A stretch of 63,102 bases of DNA, filler included, from a bacterium (GTDB lineage: Bacteria > JALSQH01), in NCBI GenBank assembly GCA_027004335.1. It is 13 parts of 13 records of this genome, joined end to end, with 100 filler letters (N's around TTAATTAATTAA, not from the genome) between each part and the next. Parts side by side here need not be neighbours in the genome. Positions count along the whole stretch, not along the records: positions 1 to 7,003 come from JALTID010000213.1; positions 7,104 to 14,089 come from JALTID010000214.1; 11 more parts are not named here. One strand, written 5' to 3'. Positions 1-9,565 of the stretch are shown one piece after another. The notes beneath the pieces are model-generated. The model did no database searches, was not told where the DNA came from, and saw nothing but the letters and a program-made list of their open reading frames with translations. The position numbers were made by a program, and so were the translations under genes. Numbering within the stretch: the stretch's first letter is position 1; each line of letters begins with the position of its first letter.

Positions 1-297
1 ATGGTATACCATGTTGTTATGTGGAGAATTAAAGGAGAGGGAGAGGAAAAAAATAAAAATGCAAATTTTGTTATTGAAAAATTAAGATCTTTAAAAGATA
101 ATGTTCCTTTTCTAAAAGACCTTCATACTGGAATGAATTTTTCATCTTCGAAGAATGCCTTCGACATAATTTTAATAACTTCTTTTAAATCAAGAGAGGA
201 TCTAGATAATTACAGAAATCACCCCTATCATAAGAAAATTGTGGATGAGATTTCACCTTTTCTTTCTCAGAGCGCAGTGGTGGATTTTGAGGAATGA
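1..297 (+). CDS. Dabb family (stress-responsive A/B barrel) protein
   Basis: 98 aa with the HVVMW N-terminus, the F.S.EDL..Y..HP.H motif and a C-terminal VVDFE, typical of Dabb. Confidence 0.85.
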   Translation: MVYHVVMWRIKGEGEEKNKNANFVIEKLRSLKDNVPFLKDLHTGMNFSSSKNAFDIILITSFKSREDLDNYRNHPYHKKIVDEISPFLSQSAVVDFEE

Positions 298-300
298 TTG

Positions 301-1095
301 ATGTTACTGCTTGAAGCTACATTCATTTTTTTTGCAGCACTCCTCGCATCCATGTTCGGGCTGGGAGGTGGAATTCTCTATACCCCTTTTCAGTTGTGGA
401 TCGGTGTGGATTTTCATCTGGCAGTGATCACATCTCTCTTTCTTGTTTTTTTCACTTCACTTTCTTCCACTATTGTTTATAGAAAGAATAATCGCGTGGA
501 CTGGGTTCTCGGGATCATCATTGAGATCCCCACTGTGACAGGTGCCTATACAGGTGGAGTGCTCTCTTATTACATCCCTGTGATTTATCTCAGGTGGCTT
601 CTTGTTGTTCTAATTTTTCTCGCAGCTTATCTGATGGTAAGACCTGCTAGAGAAACCTCGCATACCCTGTGTAGTGGTGGGGAATCGGGGAAAAGGAAGA
701 TTTTTTGGTGGAATAGAAAATTGGGAGGAGAAAGGTATTCTTTGAATCTTCTCTGTGTCCTGATTATTATGTTTATTGTGGGAAACATTATAAGTATGGT
801 TGGTATAAGCGGAGGGGTTTTAAAGGTACCGATTATGGCAGAAATTTTCGGGGTACCCCTGCCGGTAGCTATAGGTTCCAGTGCATTTATGGTGGGACTT
901 ACCTCACTCGGGGGTCTGTTGGGGCATATAACTTTCACAAAGGTGAACTGGGGAATCCTTTTTCTTCTATTGATTCCAGTTATTCTGGGAGCCCAGATCG
1001 GGAGCAGGATCTCAATAAAGATGGAGAGGGAAAAGTTAAAAAAAGTATATGCATTATTTTTGATTGTTGTGGGGGTTATAACACTGGTGTTGTAG
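301..1095 (+). CDS. TSUP (TauE/SafE) family sulfite/sulfur-compound transporter
   Basis: Polytopic membrane protein with the duplicated G(L/I)(G/S)GG..xP motifs (FGLGGGILYTP, VGISGGVLKVP); ATG 301 follows a GAGGA SD. Confidence 0.85.
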   Translation: MLLLEATFIFFAALLASMFGLGGGILYTPFQLWIGVDFHLAVITSLFLVFFTSLSSTIVYRKNNRVDWVLGIIIEIPTVTGAYTGGVLSYYIPVIYLRWLLVVLIFLAAYLMVRPARETSHTLCSGGESGKRKIFWWNRKLGGERYSLNLLCVLIIMFIVGNIISMVGISGGVLKVPIMAEIFGVPLPVAIGSSAFMVGLTSLGGLLGHITFTKVNWGILFLLLIPVILGAQIGSRISIKMEREKLKKVYALFLIVVGVITLVL

Positions 1096-1178
1096 GGGAT
1101 TGATCTGAGCAATTGGATTTCCTCCCTTCTTTGATTTTTACCCTGTTATATGGTATCTTTATCAATAAGAGGTTGAAG

Positions 1179-1490
1179 ATGGCGAGGAAAAGAGAGGAAA
1201 AAGAAACAAGAGAAGGGGAAAATTTGACTGATCTTATAAAAAAGATCGCCTTTGGGGGTATTGGAGCGGTATCCCTTACTCAGGATGCTGTTTCAAAACT
1301 TGTTGTATCTATTACTCAGCAGGTTGATAAAAATAAAGAAGAGATAATCGGGGCTCTGGCAAATCAGTTTGGGACTGTTTTAAGGGAAGTTGATATTATG
1401 TGGTTGATGAAAAAGTTACTTACGGGCCTAACTATAAAAATAAACGCTGAGATAACTCTTGGATATAAAAAGGAGGATAAGAGACAATAA
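1179..1490 (+). CDS. Hypothetical protein, phasin-like N-terminal helix
   Basis: Start moved to ATG 1179 (AGAGG SD); LIKKIAFGGIGAVSLTQD resembles phasin/PhaF-like proteins. Confidence 0.55.
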   Translation: MARKREEKETREGENLTDLIKKIAFGGIGAVSLTQDAVSKLVVSITQQVDKNKEEIIGALANQFGTVLREVDIMWLMKKLLTGLTIKINAEITLGYKKEDKRQ

Positions 1491-1577
1491 TGGTGCAGGA
1501 GGAGGGACTCGAACCCTCACGGAGTTGCCCCCACAGGATCCTGAATCCTGCGCGTCTACCAGTTCCGCCACTCCTGC
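1491..1577 (-). tRNA. tRNA-Leu(CAG)
   Basis: Reverse complement GCAGGAG...CTCCTGC-A-CCA; D-loop TGGCGGAACTGGTAGAC; anticodon arm CAGGA-TTCAGGA-TCCTG; long variable arm; GGTTCGAGTCC T-loop. Confidence 0.97.
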
Positions 1578-1589
1578 ACTTTGGTAAAT

Positions 1590-1617
1590 ATTATATGGAT
1601 GATTCACAGGAAGTCAA
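1590..1617 (-). promoter_or_regulatory. Sigma70-type promoter of tRNA-Leu
   Basis: Minus strand TTGACT-N16-TATAAT just upstream of the tRNA 5' end. Confidence 0.7.
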
Positions 1618-1632
1618 AAAGGAAAATAGATT

Positions 1633-2010
1633 GTGAAGGATAAAATTTTTTTAATTCTAATTACGATTTTTTCCGTTTTTTTTCTTGTAGCAGCAGAATC
1701 TGTTACAACGACTACCAATTTAGGTGATCCAGTTATTGGTAAGGAAATCTATGAATCTCAGGGATGTGGTGCGTGTCACAGGATAAATGGTCTGGGTGGT
1801 ACAATTGGTCCGGATCTTTCTAAAATATTTGAGAAGTCAGATGATTATATCAGAGAATCCATTTTTGAGCCGGGAAAAGTTATTGCAAAAGGTTACAAAA
1901 ATGTTATGCCCTCTTATAAAGGTGTCTTAACAGAGAGTGATGTGGACAATATCATTGTCTATTTCAAATCACTTAATAAAAAAAAGAAGAGCATCAAAAA
2001 GAATAAGTAA
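1633..2010 (+). CDS. Monoheme class I cytochrome c (exported)
   Basis: Signal/TM helix, CGACH heme motif, GPDL and distal VMP Met ligand. Confidence 0.88.
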   Translation: MKDKIFLILITIFSVFFLVAAESVTTTTNLGDPVIGKEIYESQGCGACHRINGLGGTIGPDLSKIFEKSDDYIRESIFEPGKVIAKGYKNVMPSYKGVLTESDVDNIIVYFKSLNKKKKSIKKNK

Positions 2011-2072
2011 AGCATTTTGCAGGCTAAGATATCCCTTTGTCTCTTTTCCATTTAGCAGTATAATATTTTTCA

Positions 2073-3293
2073 ATGCAGGAACTTAGTAGAAATGGTAGAA
2101 GGATTTTTACTGTTAGTGAGCTTACCCGCCTTATAAGTGTTCTCCTTGAGGAGAATTTTTTCTTTATCTCAGTGATTGGTGAGGTGTCCAATTTAAGATT
2201 CCGTGGAAATCATGCCTATTTTTCTCTTAAAGATGATAGAGCTGTAATTAAGGTGGTGGTTTTTGATTTGCCTGGAAAGAGGCTTAATTTTGATTTAAAA
2301 GATGGAACCCAGGTTATATGTAATGGGAGACTTTCACTTTATGAAAAAAGAGGAGAATATCAAATAATTGCAGATAAAATAGAACTTGTAGGGAAGGGTC
2401 AGATCTTTCTTCAGATTGAACAATTAAAAGAAAAACTTAAAAAAGAGGGACTTTTTGATGAATCACTTAAAAGAGAGATTCCCTCTTTTCCCTGGAGAAT
2501 AGGGATTGTTACTTCTCCATCAGGAGCAGCCATCAGAGATATACTAAAAATGATCCTTGGAAAGGGACTCGGAGGAGAAATTGTTGTTTATCCCTCAAAG
2601 GTTCAGGGGGGCATTGCACATCTGCAACTGATTGAGGGGATCAGGCACTTAAATAATTACGACCTCGATGTTATCATAATTAGTAGAGGTGGTGGGGATA
2701 TTGAGGATCTCATGCCCTTCAATGATGAGAATCTGGCAAGAGAAATAAGGAAATCCAGTATCCCCATTATTTCTGCTGTGGGACATGAAATTGATTACAC
2801 AATTTCTGATCTTGTTGCTGATCTACGGGCGCCAACTCCAACTGCTGCAGGTGAAATAATAGCCAATTTGCAGATTCAATTTATGAGTAGATTTTCTGAA
2901 CTTGTTGAAAGAATGGGACTCGCAATTAGAAGAAGAGTCAGTGACAACTGGAACAGATTTCACTTTCTTGGGCGGAGACTTCTCACCTACCGTAATAGAA
3001 TAGATATGAAAATTCAGGAAATTGATATTCTTGAAATGAGAGTGATAAATGCCATGGATAGAATTGTTGTGGAGAAAAAAAGTCGTCTTGAATATTTTTC
3101 GAGAAGCCTTGATAATTTGAGTCCCTTAAGGGTCCTTGGTAGAGGTTATTCTATTATAACCAAGAAAGACACAGGTGAAATACTCTTTTCCCCTTCCCAG
3201 GTGAGAAAAGGAGAACTCCTGGATGTCAGACTTTCTGAAGGAGGTATTGAAGTTGAAGTCAAAAATATCAAAGATGGTGCTGATGATAGTTAG
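2073..3293 (+). CDS. xseA: Exodeoxyribonuclease VII large subunit
   Basis: GEVSN, HAYFSLKD, TSPSGAAIRD, RGGG.IEDL..FNDE, SAVGHEID, RAPTPTAA, VL.RGYS. Confidence 0.96.
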   Translation: MQELSRNGRRIFTVSELTRLISVLLEENFFFISVIGEVSNLRFRGNHAYFSLKDDRAVIKVVVFDLPGKRLNFDLKDGTQVICNGRLSLYEKRGEYQIIADKIELVGKGQIFLQIEQLKEKLKKEGLFDESLKREIPSFPWRIGIVTSPSGAAIRDILKMILGKGLGGEIVVYPSKVQGGIAHLQLIEGIRHLNNYDLDVIIISRGGGDIEDLMPFNDENLAREIRKSSIPIISAVGHEIDYTISDLVADLRAPTPTAAGEIIANLQIQFMSRFSELVERMGLAIRRRVSDNWNRFHFLGRRLLTYRNRIDMKIQEIDILEMRVINAMDRIVVEKKSRLEYFSRSLDNLSPLRVLGRGYSIITKKDTGEILFSPSQVRKGELLDVRLSEGGIEVEVKNIKDGADDS

Positions 3294-4131
3294 TGGGTTT
3301 TTATTTTTAGCAGATGCTAAAATTCAAGCTGTTGAAATAAACTTTTACCCCTCTTCTATATCTCAGGGGGATCCCGTGCTTGTCTCTGTTAAAGGTGATG
3401 TTAATAGTGTTCAGGGTAAAATATTTGGTAAAAAAGTGCTTTTTAAAAAGGTCATGGGAAAGTGGATTGCAATTTTCGGGGTTGACATTTTAAGAAAAAC
3501 AGGCGACTATTTTTTTCTATTAAAATGGTTTGATAGTAAGCATCATCCACATGAAGAAGAATGGAGGATTATCGTACATAGGAGGATTTTTCCACTACAA
3601 AAATTTACCGTTAGTAAAAAATATGATAAATATACTCCAGCAATTTTAAACAGGATAAAGAGAGAGAATTCACAGATCAGAGCTCTCTGGAAATTGAATA
3701 CACCGGTAAAATGGGAAGGCAGATTTCTACATCCCCTTGGAAGGAAATTTTATGGAGTTAAAGGACATGCTTTTGGTGATAGAAGGATTATCAATGGAAT
3801 TCCGAGAAAGCCTCATAGTGGTGCTGATTATCCTGTGCCGAGGGGAACTCCTGTATATGCACCGAATGAAGGGGTAGTGGTACTTACCGGTCACCACTAC
3901 TTTGCAGGAAATAGCATCTATATTGACCACGGAGGCGGATTGATAAGTATGTACTTTCATCTTTCAAAAATTGTGGTTAAGAAGGATCAACATGTAAAGA
4001 AAGGTCAGGAGATAGGCAGGGTGGGTTCCACTGGTAGAGTTACAGGTCCCCACCTGCATTTTGGTGTATACTGGCAGGGAGAAAGAATTGATCCCGACAA
4101 GCTTCTTGCTCTTCCTATCCCGGAGGAATGA
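3253..4131 (+). CDS. M23 family metallopeptidase (exported)
   Basis: HSGAD (HxxxD) and GPHLHF motifs; start uncertain (TTG 3253 after GGAGG preferred; ORF open from 3223). Confidence 0.9.
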   Translation: MKSKISKMVLMIVSGFLFLADAKIQAVEINFYPSSISQGDPVLVSVKGDVNSVQGKIFGKKVLFKKVMGKWIAIFGVDILRKTGDYFFLLKWFDSKHHPHEEEWRIIVHRRIFPLQKFTVSKKYDKYTPAILNRIKRENSQIRALWKLNTPVKWEGRFLHPLGRKFYGVKGHAFGDRRIINGIPRKPHSGADYPVPRGTPVYAPNEGVVVLTGHHYFAGNSIYIDHGGGLISMYFHLSKIVVKKDQHVKKGQEIGRVGSTGRVTGPHLHFGVYWQGERIDPDKLLALPIPEE

Positions 4132-6731
4132 TGGGAGAAAAGGGAAAAATTACCCCTATGTTAAAACAGTACTGGTCAGTGAAGAAGCAGTACCCCGATG
4201 CCATCCTGTTCTTCAGGATGGGGGATTTTTATGAGATGTTTTTTGATGATGCTAAGCTTGCATCCAGGGAGCTTGGTTTAACTTTAACTTCAAGGAACAA
4301 ACAGGATAACATCCCCCTCTGTGGGGTGCCGCACCATTCGGTGGATATATACCTTGCAAAGCTTTTGAAGAAAGGATATAAAATAGCTGTTTGTGATCAG
4401 GTTGAAGATCCACGATTTGCAAAAGGAATAGTGAAGAGAGAAGTTGTGAGAGTTTTAACTCCAGGAGTTAATCTTGAAGAAGGAGAGCTTCTGGGAAAAA
4501 CGGAGAACTACCTGGTAGCTCTGATTCCTCTAAAAAAGGGGTTTTCCTTTGGGATACTTGAATTTTCTACAGGGGATTTTGAAGTAGCCTTCTTAAAGAA
4601 TGATGATGAATTGAAGGAAGAGTTAAGTAGAATCAATCCATCGGAAATTGTTTTTCCCCTTTCCAGAGAGGATGATATAAGACACCTTTTAAAAAATATA
4701 GAAATAAAACCTTTCCTCTCTCCTTTGAGGGATTACTATTTTGAGGGTGAATCAGAGTCTGAGATCAAAGAGTTCTATGGCGTGATATCACTGGAGTCAT
4801 TTGGGATAGCAGATGATAACTTACTTCCAGCTGTTATAGGTATATTGAGATATGTTAAGGAGACCCAGAAGGGGGTAACGAGACATTTAAAACACCCATC
4901 ATTATACAGAAGAGATAATTTTCTTTTTATTGATGAATCAACCAAAAAGAATCTTGAGATTTTTGAGAATATAAGAGAGGGCGGAGAGAGTGACACTCTT
5001 TTTTCTGTAATAAATAGAACTGTAACTCCTATGGGGAGGCGCCTCCTCGCCAGATGGGTTAGTTTCCCATTATTGAATCCTGGAGAAATTAAGCATAGAC
5101 AGATGCTTATTGAATCCTTTCTTGAGGATCCACTTTTGAGAGAATCTCTCAGGGAGTATCTTAACAGGGTTTATGATCTTGAAAGATTGATAAGCAAAGT
5201 GATGGTGGGATCAGCCACTCCAAAGGATATGGGAAGAGTCAGAGATTCCCTTTCACAGGTTAAAATAATCAAAGAGATCCTGGATGAAAGTTTCTCTGAG
5301 TTTATTAAAAAATTAAATATGGATCTACCTTCAGTGGATGAGATTTATGAAAAATTAGATTCAGCCCTTGTGGATAATCCCCCAATACAGAGTAAAGAGG
5401 GTGGTATCATCAGAGATGGGTATGATAAGGAGCTTGATGAATTAAGAGAAATTAAGGACCATTCGGAAGATATACTAAGAAAAATTGAAAGCAGGGAAAA
5501 AGAGAAAACTGGCATACCCAATTTGAAAATAGGTTTTAATAAGGTATTTGGTTACTATATTGAAGTTTCAAAATCATATCTTTCTCAGGTGCCCCATGAT
5601 TATATAAGAAAACAGACTCTTGTGGGGGGAGAGAGGTTTATTACCGGGGAGCTGAAAGATCTGGAAGAAAAAATTTTAACAGCAGAAGGAAAAGCCGTTG
5701 ATCTCGAATATGAGCTCTTCTCCAACCTTAGGAGGGATATAGAGGAAAAAGGAAAGGTTATTCAAAAGGTGGCGCAACAATTAGCATTTATTGATGTGAT
5801 AGCTTCCCTCGCAGTTCTGGCAGAGGAGAGAAGTTATGTAAAACCTGAAATTGTAGAAGATCCTGTTCTGGAAATCATTGATGGGAGACACCCTGTTGTT
5901 GAAGTGGTTAATAGGGAAGAACCATTTGTTCCCAATTCTCTGTTTATGGATGCTGGTAAAAATCAGATAATAATTCTTACCGGTCCCAATATGGCAGGAA
6001 AATCCACATACTTAAGACAGAATGCTCTTATCATACTTCTTGCCCAGATGGGGAGTTTTGTCCCTGCCACAAAAGCTAAAATTGGAATTGTTGACAGACT
6101 TTACAGCAGGGTAGGTGCGTCAGACAGCCTGGCAAGGGGGCTTAGCACATTTATGGTAGAAATGGTGGAAACAGCGAATATTCTTCATAATGCAACTAAC
6201 CGAAGTTTCATTATTCTTGATGAAATTGGAAGGGGAACAAGTACCTTTGATGGGATAAGTATTGCATGGGCCACGGTGGAATATCTCCATGAGAGAATAG
6301 GTGCGAGAACCCTGTTTGCTACTCATTATCATGAATTGATAGAGCTTGAAGAGCTTAAAGATAGGGTAGAGAATTATTCCATGGAGATAAAAGAACATAG
6401 AGGTGAGATCATTTTTCTCAGAAAGGTAAAAAAAGGTGGGAGCAGCCACAGTTATGGAATAGAGGTGGCACGGTTGGCAGGGTTGCCAGGAGAGGTGATT
6501 CTCCGGGCAAGAGAGATTTTAAAGCAATTAGAGAAGGAAGAATATACATCCAGAAGGTTTGAACTTCCTGAGGAAAAACCTGTACAACTCTCTCTTTTTA
6601 AGGATCCTGTGGAAAACGCAGGAGAAGAACTTCTTCGTTTTCTTCAAAAAAAAGACATGGATCGGCTGAAACCACTTGATGCACTTAATCTCCTTTATCA
6701 TTGGAAGGAGAAGTTTCTTGGAAAGAAATAG
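4128..6731 (+). CDS. mutS: DNA mismatch repair protein MutS
   Basis: TPMLKQY, FFRMGDFYEMF, GPNMAGKST, STFMVEM, DEIGRGTST, FATHYHEL, SYGIEVA. Confidence 0.98.
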   Translation: MMGEKGKITPMLKQYWSVKKQYPDAILFFRMGDFYEMFFDDAKLASRELGLTLTSRNKQDNIPLCGVPHHSVDIYLAKLLKKGYKIAVCDQVEDPRFAKGIVKREVVRVLTPGVNLEEGELLGKTENYLVALIPLKKGFSFGILEFSTGDFEVAFLKNDDELKEELSRINPSEIVFPLSREDDIRHLLKNIEIKPFLSPLRDYYFEGESESEIKEFYGVISLESFGIADDNLLPAVIGILRYVKETQKGVTRHLKHPSLYRRDNFLFIDESTKKNLEIFENIREGGESDTLFSVINRTVTPMGRRLLARWVSFPLLNPGEIKHRQMLIESFLEDPLLRESLREYLNRVYDLERLISKVMVGSATPKDMGRVRDSLSQVKIIKEILDESFSEFIKKLNMDLPSVDEIYEKLDSALVDNPPIQSKEGGIIRDGYDKELDELREIKDHSEDILRKIESREKEKTGIPNLKIGFNKVFGYYIEVSKSYLSQVPHDYIRKQTLVGGERFITGELKDLEEKILTAEGKAVDLEYELFSNLRRDIEEKGKVIQKVAQQLAFIDVIASLAVLAEERSYVKPEIVEDPVLEIIDGRHPVVEVVNREEPFVPNSLFMDAGKNQIIILTGPNMAGKSTYLRQNALIILLAQMGSFVPATKAKIGIVDRLYSRVGASDSLARGLSTFMVEMVETANILHNATNRSFIILDEIGRGTSTFDGISIAWATVEYLHERIGARTLFATHYHELIELEELKDRVENYSMEIKEHRGEIIFLRKVKKGGSSHSYGIEVARLAGLPGEVILRAREILKQLEKEEYTSRRFELPEEKPVQLSLFKDPVENAGEELLRFLQKKDMDRLKPLDALNLLYHWKEKFLGKK

Positions 6732-6741
6732 AAAGAGGACC

Positions 6742-7003
6742 ATGTGGCTTATATATGGAGGGGGACTGCTCCTGGTCTTTGTACTCCACAGAATTTTACC
6801 TCCCAGACACTGGCTATGGATAATTCTACCTGCTTACTTTCTCTACGCACCTTTTATCCTAAAGAGAGATCTTGGGAAATTTGGCTTGTCTTTCAGGGAA
6901 TGGAAAGGGGGATTAAGAGATTTTTTAATTGCATCACTGATAATTTTCCCTCCATATGCGATCGGATTCAAGTATTTCTGGGTATTTTTTATGGGAAAAC
7001 CCT
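6742..7003 (+). CDS. Membrane protein, N-terminal part; resembles CPBP/MrtC-type (myxosortase-like) glutamic intramembrane proteases; truncated by contig end
   Basis: ATG after AGAGGA SD; FLYAP...DL.KFGL...W..GL..F...SLIIFPP pattern; catalytic EE motif not in window. Confidence 0.45.
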
Positions 7004-7103
7004 NNNNNNNNNNNNNNNNNNNNNNNNNNNNNNNNNNNNNNNNNNNNTTAATTAATTAANNNNNNNNNNNNNNNNNNNNNNNNNNNNNNNNNNNNNNNNN
7101 NNN
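7004..7103. other. Artificial contig-joining spacer N44-TTAATTAATTAA-N44 (first of 12)
   Basis: Identical 100-nt spacers start at 7004, 14090, 21171, 23562, 25942, 32965, 35338, 37698, 40053, 42401, 49338, 56235; TTAATTAATTAA gives stops in all six frames. Separate 10-N gaps at 8650, 10985, 52731. Confidence 0.98.
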
Positions 7104-7258
7104 CCAATCCATGTCCTCTCCAGGAGTATAGAGGTTCCTATCGGGAGAGAATAAAAAAATTCCTCACTTCCATGGAGAAAGATTTTCCGGCTTTGAAAAA
7201 TAACTTGATAAAAGCTCTTGAAAAAATAGAGTTCAGATATCTTCCCCCTGAAGAGTAG
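7104..7258 (+). CDS. 3' end of a TtcA-like tRNA thiolation protein (partial)
   Basis: Frame from 7106 reads NPCPLQEYRGSYRERIKKFL...LKNNLIKALEKIEFRYLPPEE*, like the TtcA family C-terminus. Confidence 0.55.
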
Positions 7259-7268
7259 AAATATTTTT

Positions 7269-8989
7269 TCACTTTTTTTCTTTAGATGTCAAAAGAGGAA
7301 ACCTTACCACAAATCTGCTTCCCTGTCCCATCTTTGAAGTTACCATTATTTTGCCGTTATTTTTTTCAAGTATGTTATAAATTATAGAGAGACCCAATCC
7401 TGTCCCTTCTTTCCTTGTTGTATAGAAAGGGGAGAAAATTTTATCAATTTCATCTTCCGGAATACCTTTGCCATTATCCTCTACCACTACTTCTATTTCC
7501 CTGTTTTCATGAAGAGAGGTTTCTATTTTTATCCATTTTTCTTCTTTATCCAAAAATTGCAGGGCATTCTGCAAAAGATTTACTACTACCTCTTCAAACT
7601 CTGTCCTGTTGAATCTTATGTGGGGGAGATTTTCTGTAAGGTTTGTTATAGTATGAACTTCTTGTTTTTTAAACTGATATTCAAAAAGGGATAGAATTTC
7701 CTGAATTACTTTGTTGGCATCCAGATCTTCTTTCTGTGTTGATGGTTTTGAAAATTGCAGGAGATTTTTTATAAGTCTTGTTACCCTATCTGTGTTTGTA
7801 ATGATTTTTTTTAGTTTTTCAATGTCATTATCAGTGATGTTTCTATTTTTTTCAAATTTGTAGAGGAGAAGCTGGGCGTATGAACTTATTCCGCTTACGG
7901 GGTTATTTAATTCATGAGCAATTCCAGCAGCCATCTGCCCAAGTGTGGCAAGCTTATCCTGTTTTAGCAAATTTGCTTCTGCTTCAGCTATTCTTATTTC
8001 CTGAAATTTTTTCTCAGAAATATCGTGAATAACAGCAATAGTGGTATTTGCAGCTAAAGAAGTTACGGAAATATTCAAAAATTTTTTGTTTCCATTTATA
8101 ATGATCGGAAGCTCTGTAACATATGGATTTTTACTGTTTCTTAGGAATTCTATAAATCCATTTAATCCTGTTTCTGATAATAATTTTTCTATTTCTTCCC
8201 TGCTCTCCCTGCACTGAAGTATTTCAGTTATTTTTTTGTTGAAAATTATTAGAGAGCTATTTTCGTAGATTACAATTCCGACTGGAAGAGATGTAATGAT
8301 CTCTTGAAGAAAGTTTCTTAACTCTTCCTGCTTGGATTTTTCTTTAGTAATGGATAGAAAATTTTTCTCCATTCTTTTCTTTATGATTATTACATCGGCT
8401 GTGAAAAGTACGAAAAAGACTGCTACAACAGGAATGTAAATTGAATAGTGAATTGTGGGATGGAGGTTCCAGAAGGTGGAAAGTTTTGTTGCCCATGGGA
8501 GGAGATGGGAGAGCTCAAGAGAGATCAGGATTGATAAGATTCCAAGTGTAAATATAAGATAGCCAAAAAGAATTTTCTCATCCAGAAGAATGAAGGAGGA
8601 ATAAAGAATTATGGGTAGAAAGAAAAGGATAAGATGTGTTGCGATACATNNNNNNNNNNCAGGCATACACTCAGGAAAAGAAGGGAATCGACGAGTAGCA
8701 CTGTTATTGCGTATTTTCTAATAGAGTTTAATTCTAATTCCTCTTCTCCCACGAGGGATTTTTTTTTGAATTTGAATACATAAATAAATGTGGAGAAGGA
8801 GTAAATTGTGCCTATTACCACTGATGAAATGAGGAAAAGGGAAATTAAGCTGTTTTTACCCAACAGGTGAAAAAAAAGTGCAACAGAAATTATTATTATC
8901 ACAAGAACAAGTGCTAAGAGTCTGAAAAGAGAGCCAACGATTGAAACCCTGTATAGATCTTCAGTTGAAAAAATTTTATCAAATTCCAT
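7269..8989 (-). CDS. Membrane sensor histidine kinase (multi-TM + PAS + HisKA + HATPase), split in the ORF track by the 10-N gap at 8650-8659
   Basis: GIAHELNNP H-box, NLLQNA N-box, DNGKG, FYTT, GTGLGL; hydrophobic N-terminus on both sides of the gap. Confidence 0.88.
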
Positions 8990-8993
8990 TACT

Positions 8994-9557
8994 TCAATCC
9001 CTTTTTATCTCTACCTCCATCTCTGTATCTCCGATTTTGATTATATCTCCATCGCTTAATTTTTGATTGAAGATTAAGACTCCATTGAGAAAAGTCCCAT
9101 TTTTACTGGCAAGGTCCCTTATGAGAATATTTTCTCTTGTTACTACCTCAATAACTGCATGTTTTCGTGAGACCTTTTTATCATCAAGTGAAATTTCACA
9201 ATCTTTTCTCCCTATTCTTACCCTTGCCTTTTTTATGTGAAATATTTTCCCCCTGTCATTCCCTCTTATAATTTTTAATGAAGTGTTCACTCCAGGTGGT
9301 ATGGGGATATTTTCAAGGTTAAATTCTGGCTGGAATAGAGTTGTTTCCCCTACTTCTTCCATTTCTGAGAGTGAAGTACCATCATATCTTGGTAATGTTT
9401 CTTCTTCAGAGTGAGTTGGGACAGTTAAATTCTTTGTGTCAGGTATAAAGACCTGAATGAAACCACAGTGAGGACATTTTACAATGAATTTATCATTTTT
9501 TTCTGGAACTATAAATTCCTTCCCGCAGTAAAGACATCTGAGAACAATCCTTTCCAT
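8994..9557 (-). CDS. Zinc-ribbon + FHA domain protein
   Basis: CLYC...CPHC N-terminus; FHA motifs IGR, VSRKHA, SKNGTF. Confidence 0.9.
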   Translation of the reverse strand: MERIVLRCLYCGKEFIVPEKNDKFIVKCPHCGFIQVFIPDTKNLTVPTHSEEETLPRYDGTSLSEMEEVGETTLFQPEFNLENIPIPPGVNTSLKIIRGNDRGKIFHIKKARVRIGRKDCEISLDDKKVSRKHAVIEVVTRENILIRDLASKNGTFLNGVLIFNQKLSDGDIIKIGDTEMEVEIKRD

Positions 9558-9565
9558 TTTTCACC

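Noticed and set aside
289..303. Dabb and TSUP ORFs in the same frame separated by a single TGA (Sec/readthrough fusion?)
   Set aside because: No SECIS-like hairpin evident, the position is not a redox Cys site, and TSUP has its own SD and ATG
8650..8659. Apparent frameshift splitting the histidine kinase
   Set aside because: Coincides with a 10-N scaffold gap of nominal length, so it is not evidence of a pseudogene
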